A DNA stretch of 60,850 bases from Bacteroidia bacterium (GCA_049318585.1 JBMOGB010000001.1:1-60850), one strand, 5' to 3'; positions 1 to 9,959 are shown, counted from the first letter of the stretch. Program-made: numbers and translations. Notes: a model not told the origin generated them from the letters alone.

Positions 1-929
1 TTCAACAAGCCAGAGCTGAAAAAGAAGCGGGAGAAAAGGAGAGAGAAGCGGCTAGCCCGGCAAGCCCAGCTAAAAAAACGGCTGAGGATCAACCCTCCGA
101 GGCTGAAGGTTTAGAACGTATGAAAGAAATATTTAAAAATGAAGTTGACGTCTTACTGACAGAAGTCTCTGCGGGTGGAGTCCCTGAAAGTATGCAGAAG
201 AATAACGCAACCTTACAAAAAAGATTGAATGAAATTTTAGGTCATATTCAATCATCTGCTGTAGACACAACATCTAAGGCTATGGGATTAATGGGCTTAG
301 TGAGGTCCTTAATATCCAAATATAAAGAAGATTTGTATGCTGTTGCTGAGGCTAGTAAAACTACGGCTACAGTTACTTCAATAAAATATCAAAATTTAAT
401 AAAGAATGCAGCAACGGTTGAAGTGGCTACATATTATTATATGTTATCACTTGCTGGATATGGAACGATAAAAACTCCAACAAAAGAAGTTCTTACATCG
501 GTTAAACAATTTATACCATTTATTAGAGAGCCATCAGATATTTATTCTTTAAGAACAAATGTTATAGCTGCATCAAAAGATTTATATTCTTCTGCAACAG
601 AATTTGCAAGGGCAATTCAATCTGCAATAAAAACCGAAGATAAATTATCAAAATGGATAATGATAATTGAGAAGCACGATGAGTTTGTTGATATTTACAA
701 CTCAAAAATTCCATTCTTTGTATCTCTTTATGATGCATTGGCATATAAGGCGAAGCATGATAAATTATTAAAATCAAGAAAGAAAATAAAAGATAAAAAA
801 GACAAAAAAGATATTGGCACAGATTATTCTCTTGGAGACTTTAGTAGTTATGACTGGTCTGATGTATATGGCTCTGGATCTAGTAGATTTAGAGAAGCTG
901 AAAAAATAAAAAACAAATGGCGTACATAA
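1..929 (+). CDS. Hypothetical protein, 5'-truncated
   Basis: The frame of ORF 120..929 is open back to position 3 (QQARAEKEAGEKEREAASPASPAKKTAED...), so the gene starts upstream of the window. Confidence 0.7.
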   Translation, partial: QQARAEKEAGEKEREAASPASPAKKTAEDQPSEAEGLERMKEIFKNEVDVLLTEVSAGGVPESMQKNNATLQKRLNEILGHIQSSAVDTTSKAMGLMGLVRSLISKYKEDLYAVAEASKTTATVTSIKYQNLIKNAATVEVATYYYMLSLAGYGTIKTPTKEVLTSVKQFIPFIREPSDIYSLRTNVIAASKDLYSSATEFARAIQSAIKTEDKLSKWIMIIEKHDEFVDIYNSKIPFFVSLYDALAYKAKHDKLLKSRKKIKDKKDKKDIGTDYSLGDFSSYDWSDVYGSGSSRFREAEKIKNKWRT

Positions 930-1297
930 AAATAGGAAACAAACAAATAGATAATGTTAGGTTTGCAATAACCGACAAAGAACAAGAAACTGGGCTTATG
1001 CATTCTAGCTGGCCACCAGATTTTATGGTTTTCCCTTATAAAACGGCAGAAAAACGCAAATTTTGGATGAAAAATACTCCAGTTCCTTTAGATATAATAT
1101 TTTGCAAAGCAAATAAAATAATTTATATTGGCGTTGGAAAGCCTTATGTAGAAAATAAATTAATTGGACCAAATGAGCCTTGTGACTTAGTTGTAGAGGC
1201 TTATGGTGGATTTTGTGCCTACAATGATATTAAAATTGGCGATTCAATATCTGTAAAATATGATAAAGAAAATATAGCCAAATTATTAAAGAAATAA
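917..1297 (+). CDS. DUF192 family protein
   Basis: EQETGLM...MVFPY...FWMKNTPVPLDIIF...VVEA..G...IKIGD matches the DUF192 pattern. Confidence 0.85.
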   Translation: MAYIKIGNKQIDNVRFAITDKEQETGLMHSSWPPDFMVFPYKTAEKRKFWMKNTPVPLDIIFCKANKIIYIGVGKPYVENKLIGPNEPCDLVVEAYGGFCAYNDIKIGDSISVKYDKENIAKLLKK

Positions 1298-1316
1298 TTA
1301 CATTATAACAATTTAA

Positions 1317-1344
1317 TTGACAAGTCCTGTAAATGTGATATCTT
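1317..1344 (+). promoter_or_regulatory. Sigma70-type promoter TTGACA-N16-TATCTT with extended -10 TG
   Basis: TTGACA at 1317-1322 and TG-a-TATCTT at 1336-1344 in the intergenic gap; inverted repeat atcttgt-ctgt-acaagat (1340-1357) overlaps the -10. Confidence 0.6.
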
Positions 1345-1389
1345 GTCTGTACAAGATTTCAATTCTTGTTATTGAAGAAGGGAACATGA

Positions 1390-2817
1390 ATGATAAATGT
1401 AAATGAATTGATTGCTAATCCTATTTTGTTTGAGGCAGTTGGAGAAAAAGATATTGATGATATTTCTGATCAATTAATTCCTATACTTGGTGATAAGGTA
1501 AATTCTACAGCAAATTTTTTAACGCATAAAGTAATGGCAACATCAAGTATTGATGCGAAAAAATCTTTTGAATATAAAATAAAAGAATTTATTAAGAGTT
1601 CTGTTTATTCATATGTAGCAAATGGAAAATGGAGAATAAATGTTCCATTGCCTTCATATGTTATGAAAGCTTTATCAACTTATGTTAAAGATACGCTAGA
1701 TGAAAATAACATGCAAGATAAAGTTAGGCGTAGAGTATATTCTTGTCCTGCATGTAAATATAGAGTTAATACTAATAGACAATTTTTAGTTAAAGATGGA
1801 GATTCTGTTTTATGTAATTTTTGTTACAAGGAATTAAATGATAATCCATTATTGACTAATGATCAGAAAATTTTATTAAATGCTTTTTCAAAGCATTCTT
1901 TGAAAGGCGTTAAATGCCCTGGTTGCAGCAACTTTGTCCCAAATTCGGCATTACTAAATGGTGTATTGACATGCCCATATCCAGGCTGTAATACTCTATG
2001 CAATAATTCCGAAAAGATGCAGCATCCTTTTTGCGCTTCTAATGTATTAACAGTTTCTATGAATGACAGTGTAAATTCTTCTATTTTTAAAAATAAAAAA
2101 GAAATTGGTGATAATTATTGTGGGGACAATTTAAATGCATGTGATTCATTAATAAACGAACAAGAACTAGCAAAGAAAATTTCTATTATAAAAGAAATTA
2201 TTAGTTTGCAAAAAAAGACTCATGCATATGTTAGAAGAATGCCTACTAAGGCTTGTATGTATGACGCATTTAATATAGTTTTGGAAAAATATCCAGAAGA
2301 CATGGTTGCTTATTTAACTGTATCAAAACAAAATTATGAAATTTCAATTCAAGCATTAATTTATCAAGAATTTGCAAAATTAATGAAGCGACAGCTTCCA
2401 ATAAAAATGTTTTATAATGGAGATCAAATACATATAGATGATCCATTAGATAAAAGTTTGCATCTTTTTTCTGGAATAAGAGAATTTTCTAATTTTATTG
2501 ATCATAATTCTACAGTAAAAAGAAAAATATTATATAAATACGAAAATGGGGGAAAGATATTAGATAATGAGGAATCTTTTATAGGAGAAATAATATCTGT
2601 AACAAGTGCCGAAGGAAAAGATTTATCTTCATATATAGATATTTATAATTTTACAGGCATACGCTTTAATTTTTCAGAAGAATCAAAACCAGGAACTGAT
2701 GTTATTGTAAAATATTATTCATTATTACCAAATTATACTTTAGGCTCAATGATACATATGCAAAGAATAAAGAAAAAAATTAGTGATAGTGCTAATAAAA
2801 AATTAGGAACATTATGA
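1390..2817 (+). CDS. Multi-zinc-ribbon protein, possible divergent sigma-like transcription factor
   Basis: 475 aa; CPAC, CNFC, CPGC, CPYPGC pairs; flanking segments loosely resemble sigma regions 2 and 3 (inference only). Confidence 0.45.
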   Translation: MINVNELIANPILFEAVGEKDIDDISDQLIPILGDKVNSTANFLTHKVMATSSIDAKKSFEYKIKEFIKSSVYSYVANGKWRINVPLPSYVMKALSTYVKDTLDENNMQDKVRRRVYSCPACKYRVNTNRQFLVKDGDSVLCNFCYKELNDNPLLTNDQKILLNAFSKHSLKGVKCPGCSNFVPNSALLNGVLTCPYPGCNTLCNNSEKMQHPFCASNVLTVSMNDSVNSSIFKNKKEIGDNYCGDNLNACDSLINEQELAKKISIIKEIISLQKKTHAYVRRMPTKACMYDAFNIVLEKYPEDMVAYLTVSKQNYEISIQALIYQEFAKLMKRQLPIKMFYNGDQIHIDDPLDKSLHLFSGIREFSNFIDHNSTVKRKILYKYENGGKILDNEESFIGEIISVTSAEGKDLSSYIDIYNFTGIRFNFSEESKPGTDVIVKYYSLLPNYTLGSMIHMQRIKKKISDSANKKLGTL

Positions 2818-2996
2818 AAAAAGATTTAAGATTATATTGCGCTGGCTGTGTTGTATTAAATATGTTTCCAAAGCAATGTTCTGGTTGCCCAAATTATAAT
2901 GGTGATTATAATAAATATAATTCTCTATTTAGGAATTATCATTATTTGAGTTTACTATTTGATAATGTAAATAGACCTTTAGGAAAAATAAAATGA
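2814..2996 (+). CDS. Small Cys-rich hypothetical protein
   Basis: CAGC and CSGC; ATGA overlaps with both neighbours. Confidence 0.55.
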   Translation: MKKDLRLYCAGCVVLNMFPKQCSGCPNYNGDYNKYNSLFRNYHYLSLLFDNVNRPLGKIK

Positions 2997-3355
2997 TATA
3001 TACAGATGAAGATATAAAGAATATGACTTCTATAAATTTAGCTTCTATGGTTGTAATTTATAGGCTACTTGGGTCATATAAAGACGAAGCTAAAATGTCA
3101 ATGATTGAGCTTATGCAAAGGCAAGCAACTGGAGACGCTTTTGATTTTGAAAAATTTATTGATGAAAAATCAATAGAACATGCTATAAATGTAAATATAC
3201 CATCATTTGCATCTGTAAAAGCTAAAATGTCTAATGCTGTATTCCAAGCTTTACTTGAAATAAAAAAAGAAGGACCTAATAAAAATAACAATGATTTATC
3301 TGATATTATTAGTGACGACGACGACGACGACGATGACGATGAAGGAGAAGAATGA
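2993..3355 (+). CDS. Hypothetical protein with acidic C-terminal tail
   Basis: SD AGGA, ATGA overlap, ends DDDDDDDDDEGEE. Confidence 0.7.
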   Translation: MIYTDEDIKNMTSINLASMVVIYRLLGSYKDEAKMSMIELMQRQATGDAFDFEKFIDEKSIEHAINVNIPSFASVKAKMSNAVFQALLEIKKEGPNKNNNDLSDIISDDDDDDDDDEGEE

Positions 3356-3546
3356 TTAAAGAAGGCATCTATATGATTGAGTTTGATAATAAAGAGGATT
3401 TGGAAACTTTTAAGAAATTAGAAGTTGAAGATGTTGTAAAAAGGTGCTATTTTAAAACTAGCAAAAGCGCAAGCGTATACATACACAAGCGCGGATACTT
3501 TAATTTATTACTTGAAGGACATTTGCCAGTATATGTAAAAGGTTAA
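3352..3546 (+). CDS. Hypothetical protein
   Basis: SD AGGAG, ATGA overlap. Confidence 0.6.
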   Translation: MIKEGIYMIEFDNKEDLETFKKLEVEDVVKRCYFKTSKSASVYIHKRGYFNLLLEGHLPVYVKG

Positions 3547-3564
3547 TCTGATATATATGTGTGA

Positions 3565-3963
3565 ATGATTAAAGAAATACCAAATCCAGAAGAAAATATT
3601 TATGATTATAGAGCTTATAAAAAAGCAAAAATAAATTTAAGATTAAAATATAAAGTATCTGAATCTGATGTGTCATTTGATGAAGAGAAATCATTACTTA
3701 ATGAAATTGCTGAGAAAACCGGATTATCTTATGATGAAGTAAATGAAATATCAACCCTGTTTTTTGAAGAAATAAAAACTTGTATGATAAATGGCGAATT
3801 TGCAATTATTAAAAATCTTGGTAAATTTTATATAAATGGACCACATTTTGACAAATTCCATAATGTAGTATGTCCTACTGAAAAAAGCTGTTGTGTGCCA
3901 AATTTTAAGGCAACAAGACTACTTAGAGATGCTATTGCGGCTAATATTAAGGCATCAAAATAA
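3565..3963 (+). CDS. hup: HU/IHF-family DNA-binding protein with N-terminal extension
   Basis: LLNEIAEKTGLS..EV......FFEEI......GE...IKNLGKF ... VPNFKATRLLRDAI follows the HU fold pattern. Confidence 0.75.
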   Translation: MIKEIPNPEENIYDYRAYKKAKINLRLKYKVSESDVSFDEEKSLLNEIAEKTGLSYDEVNEISTLFFEEIKTCMINGEFAIIKNLGKFYINGPHFDKFHNVVCPTEKSCCVPNFKATRLLRDAIAANIKASK

Positions 3964-4280
3964 TGAAACATTTAGAATTCGTAATAACGGCGCTGGCAGA
4001 TGTCGCAGATGAATGTGATAAAAGATCTTTAGTAAAAGAAGCTGATGAACTATCAGACATAATAGGTTTTCTTGCAAAATTTGCCGAAATAAATAAAGAA
4101 GCATACATACAAACGATTAAATCTAATGGAAAAACCAAATATGTTGTTAAGTCTGAAAAAAATCCAGATTGGAAAGGCGGAACATATTCATCAAAAAGTG
4201 CTGCTGAAAAAAGATTAGCAGAAGTTGAAATGTTTAAACATATTAAAAAACGCAGAGATACAAAAAAGAAATCCAAATAA
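3963..4280 (+). CDS. Hypothetical protein, putative virion-associated
   Basis: TAATG coupling; ADxxD...EAD.L helix and GTYSSKSAAEKRLAEVEMFKH. Confidence 0.7.
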   Translation: MKHLEFVITALADVADECDKRSLVKEADELSDIIGFLAKFAEINKEAYIQTIKSNGKTKYVVKSEKNPDWKGGTYSSKSAAEKRLAEVEMFKHIKKRRDTKKKSK

Positions 4281-4337
4281 TTTATGATGTTTTTTGATTC
4301 ATTATGGCAACTTGTTTCAAGTTGGTTCAATGATCAT

Positions 4338-4346
4338 TGATATAAT
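4338..4346 (+). promoter_or_regulatory. Extended -10 promoter TG-a-TATAAT upstream of topA
   Basis: Perfect TGnTATAAT in the intergenic gap; inverted repeat caacttg-ttt-caagttg at 4308-4324. Confidence 0.55.
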
Positions 4347-4368
4347 TGTATGAAAGAGAGAAAGATTT

Positions 4369-6546
4369 ATGGCAAAGCAAAAAATTTTAGTAATAGTTGA
4401 ATCTCCAAAAAAGGTTGACACAGTAAAGAAATATTTGCCTACTGACAATGATTATGTAGTTTTAGCCTCTAAAGGTCATGTTGCTGATCTAGGAAAAACT
4501 GGACCATATAGAATGGGGATAAATATAGAAAAAGATTTTGAATTAAGTTATCTTACAGACCCAGCAAAAAGAGAAAAACTGGACGCTATTATAAACACTT
4601 GCTGCTTTTGTGATAAGATAATAATTGCAACTGACGGAGATAGAGAAGGAGAGTGTATTGGCTCTTTAATTAAAGATAGAATAAAAACACATAGAAAGCC
4701 AATTACACGGGTAATTTTTGGTGAAATTACTAGTAAAGGAATTTTATTTGGATTGAAAAATGAAAGAGAATTAGACGAACAAATTGTTAATGCAGCCAAG
4801 GCGCGAAGGGCTCTTGATAGAATTGTTGGATATATGGGAAGCCCATTTATTATTAAAAGATTTGGCGATAATATGTCTGCTGGCAGAGTTCAATCTGTTG
4901 CATTAAAATTAGTTGTAGAAAGAGAAAAACAAATACAAGAATTTAAACCAGACGAATATTGGTCTATTAAAGCTAACTTATCTAAATTTCAAGAAGATCC
5001 TTTCGTTGCAACTTTAATTGCTAAAGATGAGATAAAAAATAATGTAGAAGCTTCTGCAATTAAAGCAGAATTAAATAAAGCTGCTTTTAAAATTGTTAAA
5101 GTAGTTTCTAAACCAAGAAAAAGAAACCCAAAAGCACCGTTAATAACTTCAAAATTACAAATAACAGTTTCTAATAGATATAAAATATCTCCAGCTAAGA
5201 CAATGGCGGCGGCTCAAGAATTATATGAAGATGGTAAAATAACTTATATGCGAACTGATAGTACTCGTGTATCTGATGATGCTGTAACAATGGCAAGGGG
5301 TTGGATTAAAAATAATCATCCAAGTTGTTTACCTAAACAAGCAAATGTATACAAAAATAAAGAGTCAGCCCAAAATGCGCATGAAGCTATTAGACCAACT
5401 AATGTAAATGATTTGCCAGAAAATAGTCCAATAACGCATCCTGGCAAAGTATATAAAGTAATTTGGGAAATATTTGTGGCTAGTCAAATGAGCCCTACTA
5501 TATATGATACAACAACTGTAACAATAAAAACAGATTCAAATAAAGAATTAAGGGCTAATGGCAGAATTCTTAAAGACCCAGGCTGGCTTATTATAACTAG
5601 CAATATGGAGGATGATGACGAAGATAAAGACGAAGATAAATTACCTATATTAAAAGTAGATGATGTATTAAATTTAATTAGCCCTAAAGTTATCACAGAA
5701 CAAAAATTTACACAGCCGCCTTCTAGATTTAAAAAATCAACATTAATTAATGAACTTGAAGTTAAAGGAATTGGAAGACCTTCAACTTATGCGGCTATTA
5801 TGGAAAAAATATGTGAAACTAGAAATTTTGTTGAAGAAAAAAATGATATTTTATACCCAACTGAAAATGGTATAAAAGTTGTAGAATTATTAGATAAGAA
5901 TTTTTCTTTTATGCAATATAATTTTACAGCAGAAATGGAAAAAAAATTAGATTTGATTGAAAAATCTGAGTATACATATTTACAAGTAATGACTGACTTT
6001 TATAATCCATTTAAATCAGAACTTGATAAAGCATATGCTTCAGGAGAATGCGAGACTGATTACTCCTGTAATAAATGCGGCTCTTATATGATTTTAAAGA
6101 AAGGCTATCTTGGTTACTTCTTAGGCTGTTCTAAATATCCAGAATGTAAAACTACAATATCTTGCGAAGTAAAAGATGACAAAATTTATCCAATAGATAA
6201 AGAGAAAGAATTTGCTCCTGAAGATATAAGGTGCCCAGAATGTAATGATAGAATGGTTTGCAGAAAAGGATTTTATGGAGATTATTATTCTTGTTGTAGT
6301 TATCCAGTTTGTATGGGAAAGGCTAAAATCCCTTATGGAAAGAAATGTCCGGCTTGTAATAGTGAATTATTTAGAACTTTATTTAGTAAACCACCAATAC
6401 AAGGGGCTGTATTATGTTGTACTGGATACCCCGTATGTAAGTATATAGAAATTTTGGATGATCCAAATTATGAAACAGAATATGAAAAAAGAAAACAAGA
6501 CATTAAAAATAATACGAAAAAATTCAAGACTTACAAAATAGCATAA
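4369..6546 (+). CDS. topA: DNA topoisomerase I (type IA) with C-terminal zinc ribbons
   Basis: TOPRIM IVESP, ATDGDREGE, SAGRVQS, catalytic ITYMRTDS, AHEAIRPT, GIGRPSTYA; three C4 zinc ribbons. Confidence 0.97.
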   Translation: MAKQKILVIVESPKKVDTVKKYLPTDNDYVVLASKGHVADLGKTGPYRMGINIEKDFELSYLTDPAKREKLDAIINTCCFCDKIIIATDGDREGECIGSLIKDRIKTHRKPITRVIFGEITSKGILFGLKNERELDEQIVNAAKARRALDRIVGYMGSPFIIKRFGDNMSAGRVQSVALKLVVEREKQIQEFKPDEYWSIKANLSKFQEDPFVATLIAKDEIKNNVEASAIKAELNKAAFKIVKVVSKPRKRNPKAPLITSKLQITVSNRYKISPAKTMAAAQELYEDGKITYMRTDSTRVSDDAVTMARGWIKNNHPSCLPKQANVYKNKESAQNAHEAIRPTNVNDLPENSPITHPGKVYKVIWEIFVASQMSPTIYDTTTVTIKTDSNKELRANGRILKDPGWLIITSNMEDDDEDKDEDKLPILKVDDVLNLISPKVITEQKFTQPPSRFKKSTLINELEVKGIGRPSTYAAIMEKICETRNFVEEKNDILYPTENGIKVVELLDKNFSFMQYNFTAEMEKKLDLIEKSEYTYLQVMTDFYNPFKSELDKAYASGECETDYSCNKCGSYMILKKGYLGYFLGCSKYPECKTTISCEVKDDKIYPIDKEKEFAPEDIRCPECNDRMVCRKGFYGDYYSCCSYPVCMGKAKIPYGKKCPACNSELFRTLFSKPPIQGAVLCCTGYPVCKYIEILDDPNYETEYEKRKQDIKNNTKKFKTYKIA

Positions 6547-6570
6547 TATATATAGCTATAGGAGAATAAT

Positions 6571-7857
6571 ATGAATAATAAACGAAAACTTGATGTAACT
6601 GAAGCTTTAGTTAATAATATTAGTATTGTGTCTAATGAAAATTTAGATCATGTAGACTTAAATAAAAGAGAACCAAGTAGTATGGTCCAAACCATACAAT
6701 CTGTAATTAAATATATAGTTAATGGAGAATTTAGCAAATTTGGATTTACTTGGCATAATGATATGATCCCAGTCATTGATCCATCAATGCAAATTGATGG
6801 GTCTTTCTTCGCTTTTTGTAAAGAATACAATTATAAAGTTGCTAATACTTATACGGAAGCAATTTCTGTGTTGGCGTATGCAGATAAAGATTTTGATCCA
6901 TTTATAATGCATGGTTGCTTTGTTGTTGAAAATGAAGATTTTAAATTTGTAAAATGCTCATTTACTTATAAAAATTCTGGGTCAGATAACATAGCTTCAT
7001 TTATAATTATAGATAAAAACAATTACCAAAAATATGTAAAGCTTAAAGAATCTTTTATAAGCTGGCTTAGAGAGCGGGAAGGCGTAGTTGTAAAGTCATT
7101 AGGCGGAGAAGATTACTTGCAAGATACAAATTACAAATGGAATGATTTATTTTTTGGAGATAAAGAAAGTGTAAAAAAAGATCTAAAAGAATCTATTGAC
7201 TTATTTCTTAATTCGAGAGAGTATTATGAGAAAAACAATATTCCTTGGAATATGTCAATTTTAATTGAGTGTGGTGAAAATAATGGAAAAACATCAATTA
7301 TAAATACAATCATATCAGAATATGATTTAGAACCAACTACTTTTAATCAATATAGCGTTGACGATTCTGTTTTACAATTATTATTTAAAATTACAGAGAA
7401 TAAATATAAAAGTTTAGTATTTATAGATGACTTTGATTTATTTGTTGATGGGTCATTAAATGTAGAATATTTTATAGATTTATTAAGCAAATATGAAAAT
7501 AATGATGGCAATATTATTTTAATAGCTTGCAGCAAGATACCAACAAAAATGAAAAATTATTTATATCTTTTTGATAAAGTTATAGCAATAGATGACCCAG
7601 ATTATGATGTCTGTATTAGTAATTTATTTGCCAAGCATTTAACTCAAAATTCAATCAAAGAATTGAAGAAAGTTTTTAAAGCAAATTCGTTTTCTTATGG
7701 CAATATATATAAACTATATAATTTATTTATTAAACAAATGATAAATAAAGATAAAAATGCCACAACTGAAATAAAACTTGCTCTAGAAAAGATTTCTATA
7801 ACAGAACAAGCCGTAAAAAATAAGCCAAAAGGACTTGGCTTATTAGTAAAAAAATAG
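6571..7857 (+). CDS. AAA+ ATPase-like protein, degenerate
   Basis: WNDLFF, Walker A-like ILIECGENNGKTS, Walker B LVFIDDFD; arginine-finger region absent. Confidence 0.65.
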   Translation: MNNKRKLDVTEALVNNISIVSNENLDHVDLNKREPSSMVQTIQSVIKYIVNGEFSKFGFTWHNDMIPVIDPSMQIDGSFFAFCKEYNYKVANTYTEAISVLAYADKDFDPFIMHGCFVVENEDFKFVKCSFTYKNSGSDNIASFIIIDKNNYQKYVKLKESFISWLREREGVVVKSLGGEDYLQDTNYKWNDLFFGDKESVKKDLKESIDLFLNSREYYEKNNIPWNMSILIECGENNGKTSIINTIISEYDLEPTTFNQYSVDDSVLQLLFKITENKYKSLVFIDDFDLFVDGSLNVEYFIDLLSKYENNDGNIILIACSKIPTKMKNYLYLFDKVIAIDDPDYDVCISNLFAKHLTQNSIKELKKVFKANSFSYGNIYKLYNLFIKQMINKDKNATTEIKLALEKISITEQAVKNKPKGLGLLVKK

Positions 7858-7871
7858 GAGAATAAGCAGTA

Positions 7872-8129
7872 ATGGAAAACAATTATAAAGATGATAGCTA
7901 TTTGAATGATTTCAAACCATTGGAAGTTGAAGTAACAGGAAGACTAGAAGACGCAATACATAGATTCCGATCTTTAGTTACTAAAGAAAAAGTAATGTCA
8001 TATTTGAAGCTACATTATTCTTACGAGAAGCCATCAGATAGAAAACGACGCAAAATCCGAGAATCAATTCAGAGACAAAAGAAAGCAACTTTAGACGCAA
8101 AGAAATATGGGCTTGAACAAAAAGTTTGA
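7872..8129 (+). CDS. rpsU: Ribosomal protein bS21
   Basis: LEDAIHRFRSLV.KE.V....K....YEKPSDRKRRK is the bS21 signature; SD AGGAG. Confidence 0.85.
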   Translation: MENNYKDDSYLNDFKPLEVEVTGRLEDAIHRFRSLVTKEKVMSYLKLHYSYEKPSDRKRRKIRESIQRQKKATLDAKKYGLEQKV

Positions 8130-8706
8130 AGTAGTTGACTTGGGACTTAAAGTGCCAGAAGAATTCCATCCAGAATGGTATAGACAAGGATATGTCCCTA
8201 TTAATGTTGAATTAAATAATAAAGAACCCATAAATGAGGCAAAAATGTTAAACAGACAAGGCTATAAAGCAATAAGTATTGAAGATGAAAGTGAAATACC
8301 GAAAATAAAAGAAGCTTTGCAAATGCAACCGAATAAAGAATCGCAATGGTATGACAATTTAGCAGAAGGTGGCGAGGTTGTTGATAATAATGATTCTATT
8401 GATATTGATAGTTTGCAAAAACATAAAATTTCTTTAAAAGAAATAAAGCCAAATGATAAGGAAATGGCACCCTCAGATTTAACAACAATACGAAGCAAAC
8501 TTCTTCAAAAAAGAAAAGTTGAAGATAAGGCTAGGGTGGCTTCTCCTGGTGAATTTGTCGTTTGGTTTTGTGAAAAAGTTGTTCATGTTGGAAACTTAAA
8601 TGCAACTAAAGAAATATGTGAAAAACTAATTGTTGAAAATGAAGATATTCAAGATGATGATTTGATGATCTTTTTAAGAATTCCTGTTGCTAAACTTTTC
8701 AAATGA
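8107..8706 (+). CDS. Hypothetical protein
   Basis: 199-aa ORF within the co-oriented operon. Confidence 0.7.
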   Translation: MGLNKKFEVVDLGLKVPEEFHPEWYRQGYVPINVELNNKEPINEAKMLNRQGYKAISIEDESEIPKIKEALQMQPNKESQWYDNLAEGGEVVDNNDSIDIDSLQKHKISLKEIKPNDKEMAPSDLTTIRSKLLQKRKVEDKARVASPGEFVVWFCEKVVHVGNLNATKEICEKLIVENEDIQDDDLMIFLRIPVAKLFK

Positions 8707-9359
8707 TTGAGGACGAAATGCCTGATAGAAAAGCTTCAGATATTTTACTTGAATTAGAAGAAAAAATTAATAATCTTGAAAAAAATATGAAGAATATTGA
8801 AAATATTTTGCAATTGCAATCATTTCAATTTAAATTAATTATAGATAACTTAAATAAATTATCTAAACAAAATCAACAAGCAAATGAACTGATAGCTCCA
8901 GTATCTTCAGCTTCTTCAACAATGTCTGCAGTATCTGGAGCTGAGTCATTAATTGAAAGAAAAAATAGGTTAATGAGCACACATGCTTCAAGTTTGTTAC
9001 CAAAAGAGCTTAGTTTAAAGCAGCCGCCATCTGAAAATGCTAATAATCAGGTATTTGTAGATGGAGGAAAGAGAGTACCAATAACACAAAAAATAGTTTT
9101 ATTTGATGGTAATCCTTTACCAGCAGCGCGTGTCATTATAAAAAATGAAAAAAATGAGCAAATAAAAACTATCGAAACAAATAATACTGGCAGATGGCAG
9201 ACCGCATTGCCTCCAGGTAAATATTCAATAAATGTTTTTGGTAAATATATGGGTGGTGCTATTTTAGAATTTGATCAATCATTTGAAGTACCAGATATAA
9301 GCTCAACATTAGAACTCCCTCAACCTCAAGTATATAAAAGAAAGCCAATAAAACAATAG
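8703..9359 (+). CDS. Coiled-coil plus carboxypeptidase-regulatory/CnaB-like beta-sandwich protein (start may be 8718)
   Basis: N-terminal heptads; GNPLPAARVII...TNNTGRW...LPPGKYSI. Confidence 0.65.
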   Translation: MIEDEMPDRKASDILLELEEKINNLEKNMKNIENILQLQSFQFKLIIDNLNKLSKQNQQANELIAPVSSASSTMSAVSGAESLIERKNRLMSTHASSLLPKELSLKQPPSENANNQVFVDGGKRVPITQKIVLFDGNPLPAARVIIKNEKNEQIKTIETNNTGRWQTALPPGKYSINVFGKYMGGAILEFDQSFEVPDISSTLELPQPQVYKRKPIKQ

Positions 9360-9365
9360 GATTAC

Positions 9366-9674
9366 ATGACAATTAGTGGGTGCTTATCAACTATAAAGAG
9401 TTTGGTTCATCATAATGACCAAAACAACGAGCAGAAAATGACTGATGAATGTTTAATGTTTAAAATGAATGACTTATTGAGAGATAAACTTATTGATTTG
9501 TTTTTTGGAAATGAAGAAGTATTCAACCACAAAATTAATTTATCAAAATTTTCTTTTGAATATGAAGATGGAAGTCATAAAGTAATTAACTTAAATCTGC
9601 CATTCGATGTAAAAGAATATATTAGGAAATGTACCAATAGAGATAATATAACAATAAATGTGAAATTATGTTAA
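9366..9674 (+). CDS. Hypothetical protein
   Basis: SD AGGA, 102 aa. Confidence 0.6.
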   Translation: MTISGCLSTIKSLVHHNDQNNEQKMTDECLMFKMNDLLRDKLIDLFFGNEEVFNHKINLSKFSFEYEDGSHKVINLNLPFDVKEYIRKCTNRDNITINVKLC

Positions 9675-9959
9675 TGTAACAACAGTTTTTCCTTCAACCG
9701 CTTCTACTTTAAATTTTTCTTTTACTTTATTAATTATAATATTTTTTAATTCATCAAAAGTTCCATCCCACCAGTTTGGAGCTTTTGTCATTAAATTTAT
9801 TCTTTGAATTGCTTTCTTTGCTTCTGATAGTTTATTTATTGGAAATCTATCTATATTTGAATTATTTTTTTCGTGCTCTGCTTGTATACAAGCAATCCCT
9901 CTTTTTTTTGAAGTCGTTGCTAATTTATAAAATATTTGGCAGGCAGATACGATTTTCAT
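9666..9959 (-). CDS. Hypothetical protein
   Basis: TAATG-coupled to 9959..10402 on the minus strand; DRFPIN...AKKAI.RI. Confidence 0.65.
   Translation of the reverse strand: MKIVSACQIFYKLATTSKKRGIACIQAEHEKNNSNIDRFPINKLSEAKKAIQRINLMTKAPNWWDGTFDELKNIIINKVKEKFKVEAVEGKTVVTLT

Noticed and set aside
3947-4330. Minus-strand 127-aa ORF
   Set aside because: Fully overlaps the TAATG-coupled plus-strand gene 3963..4280
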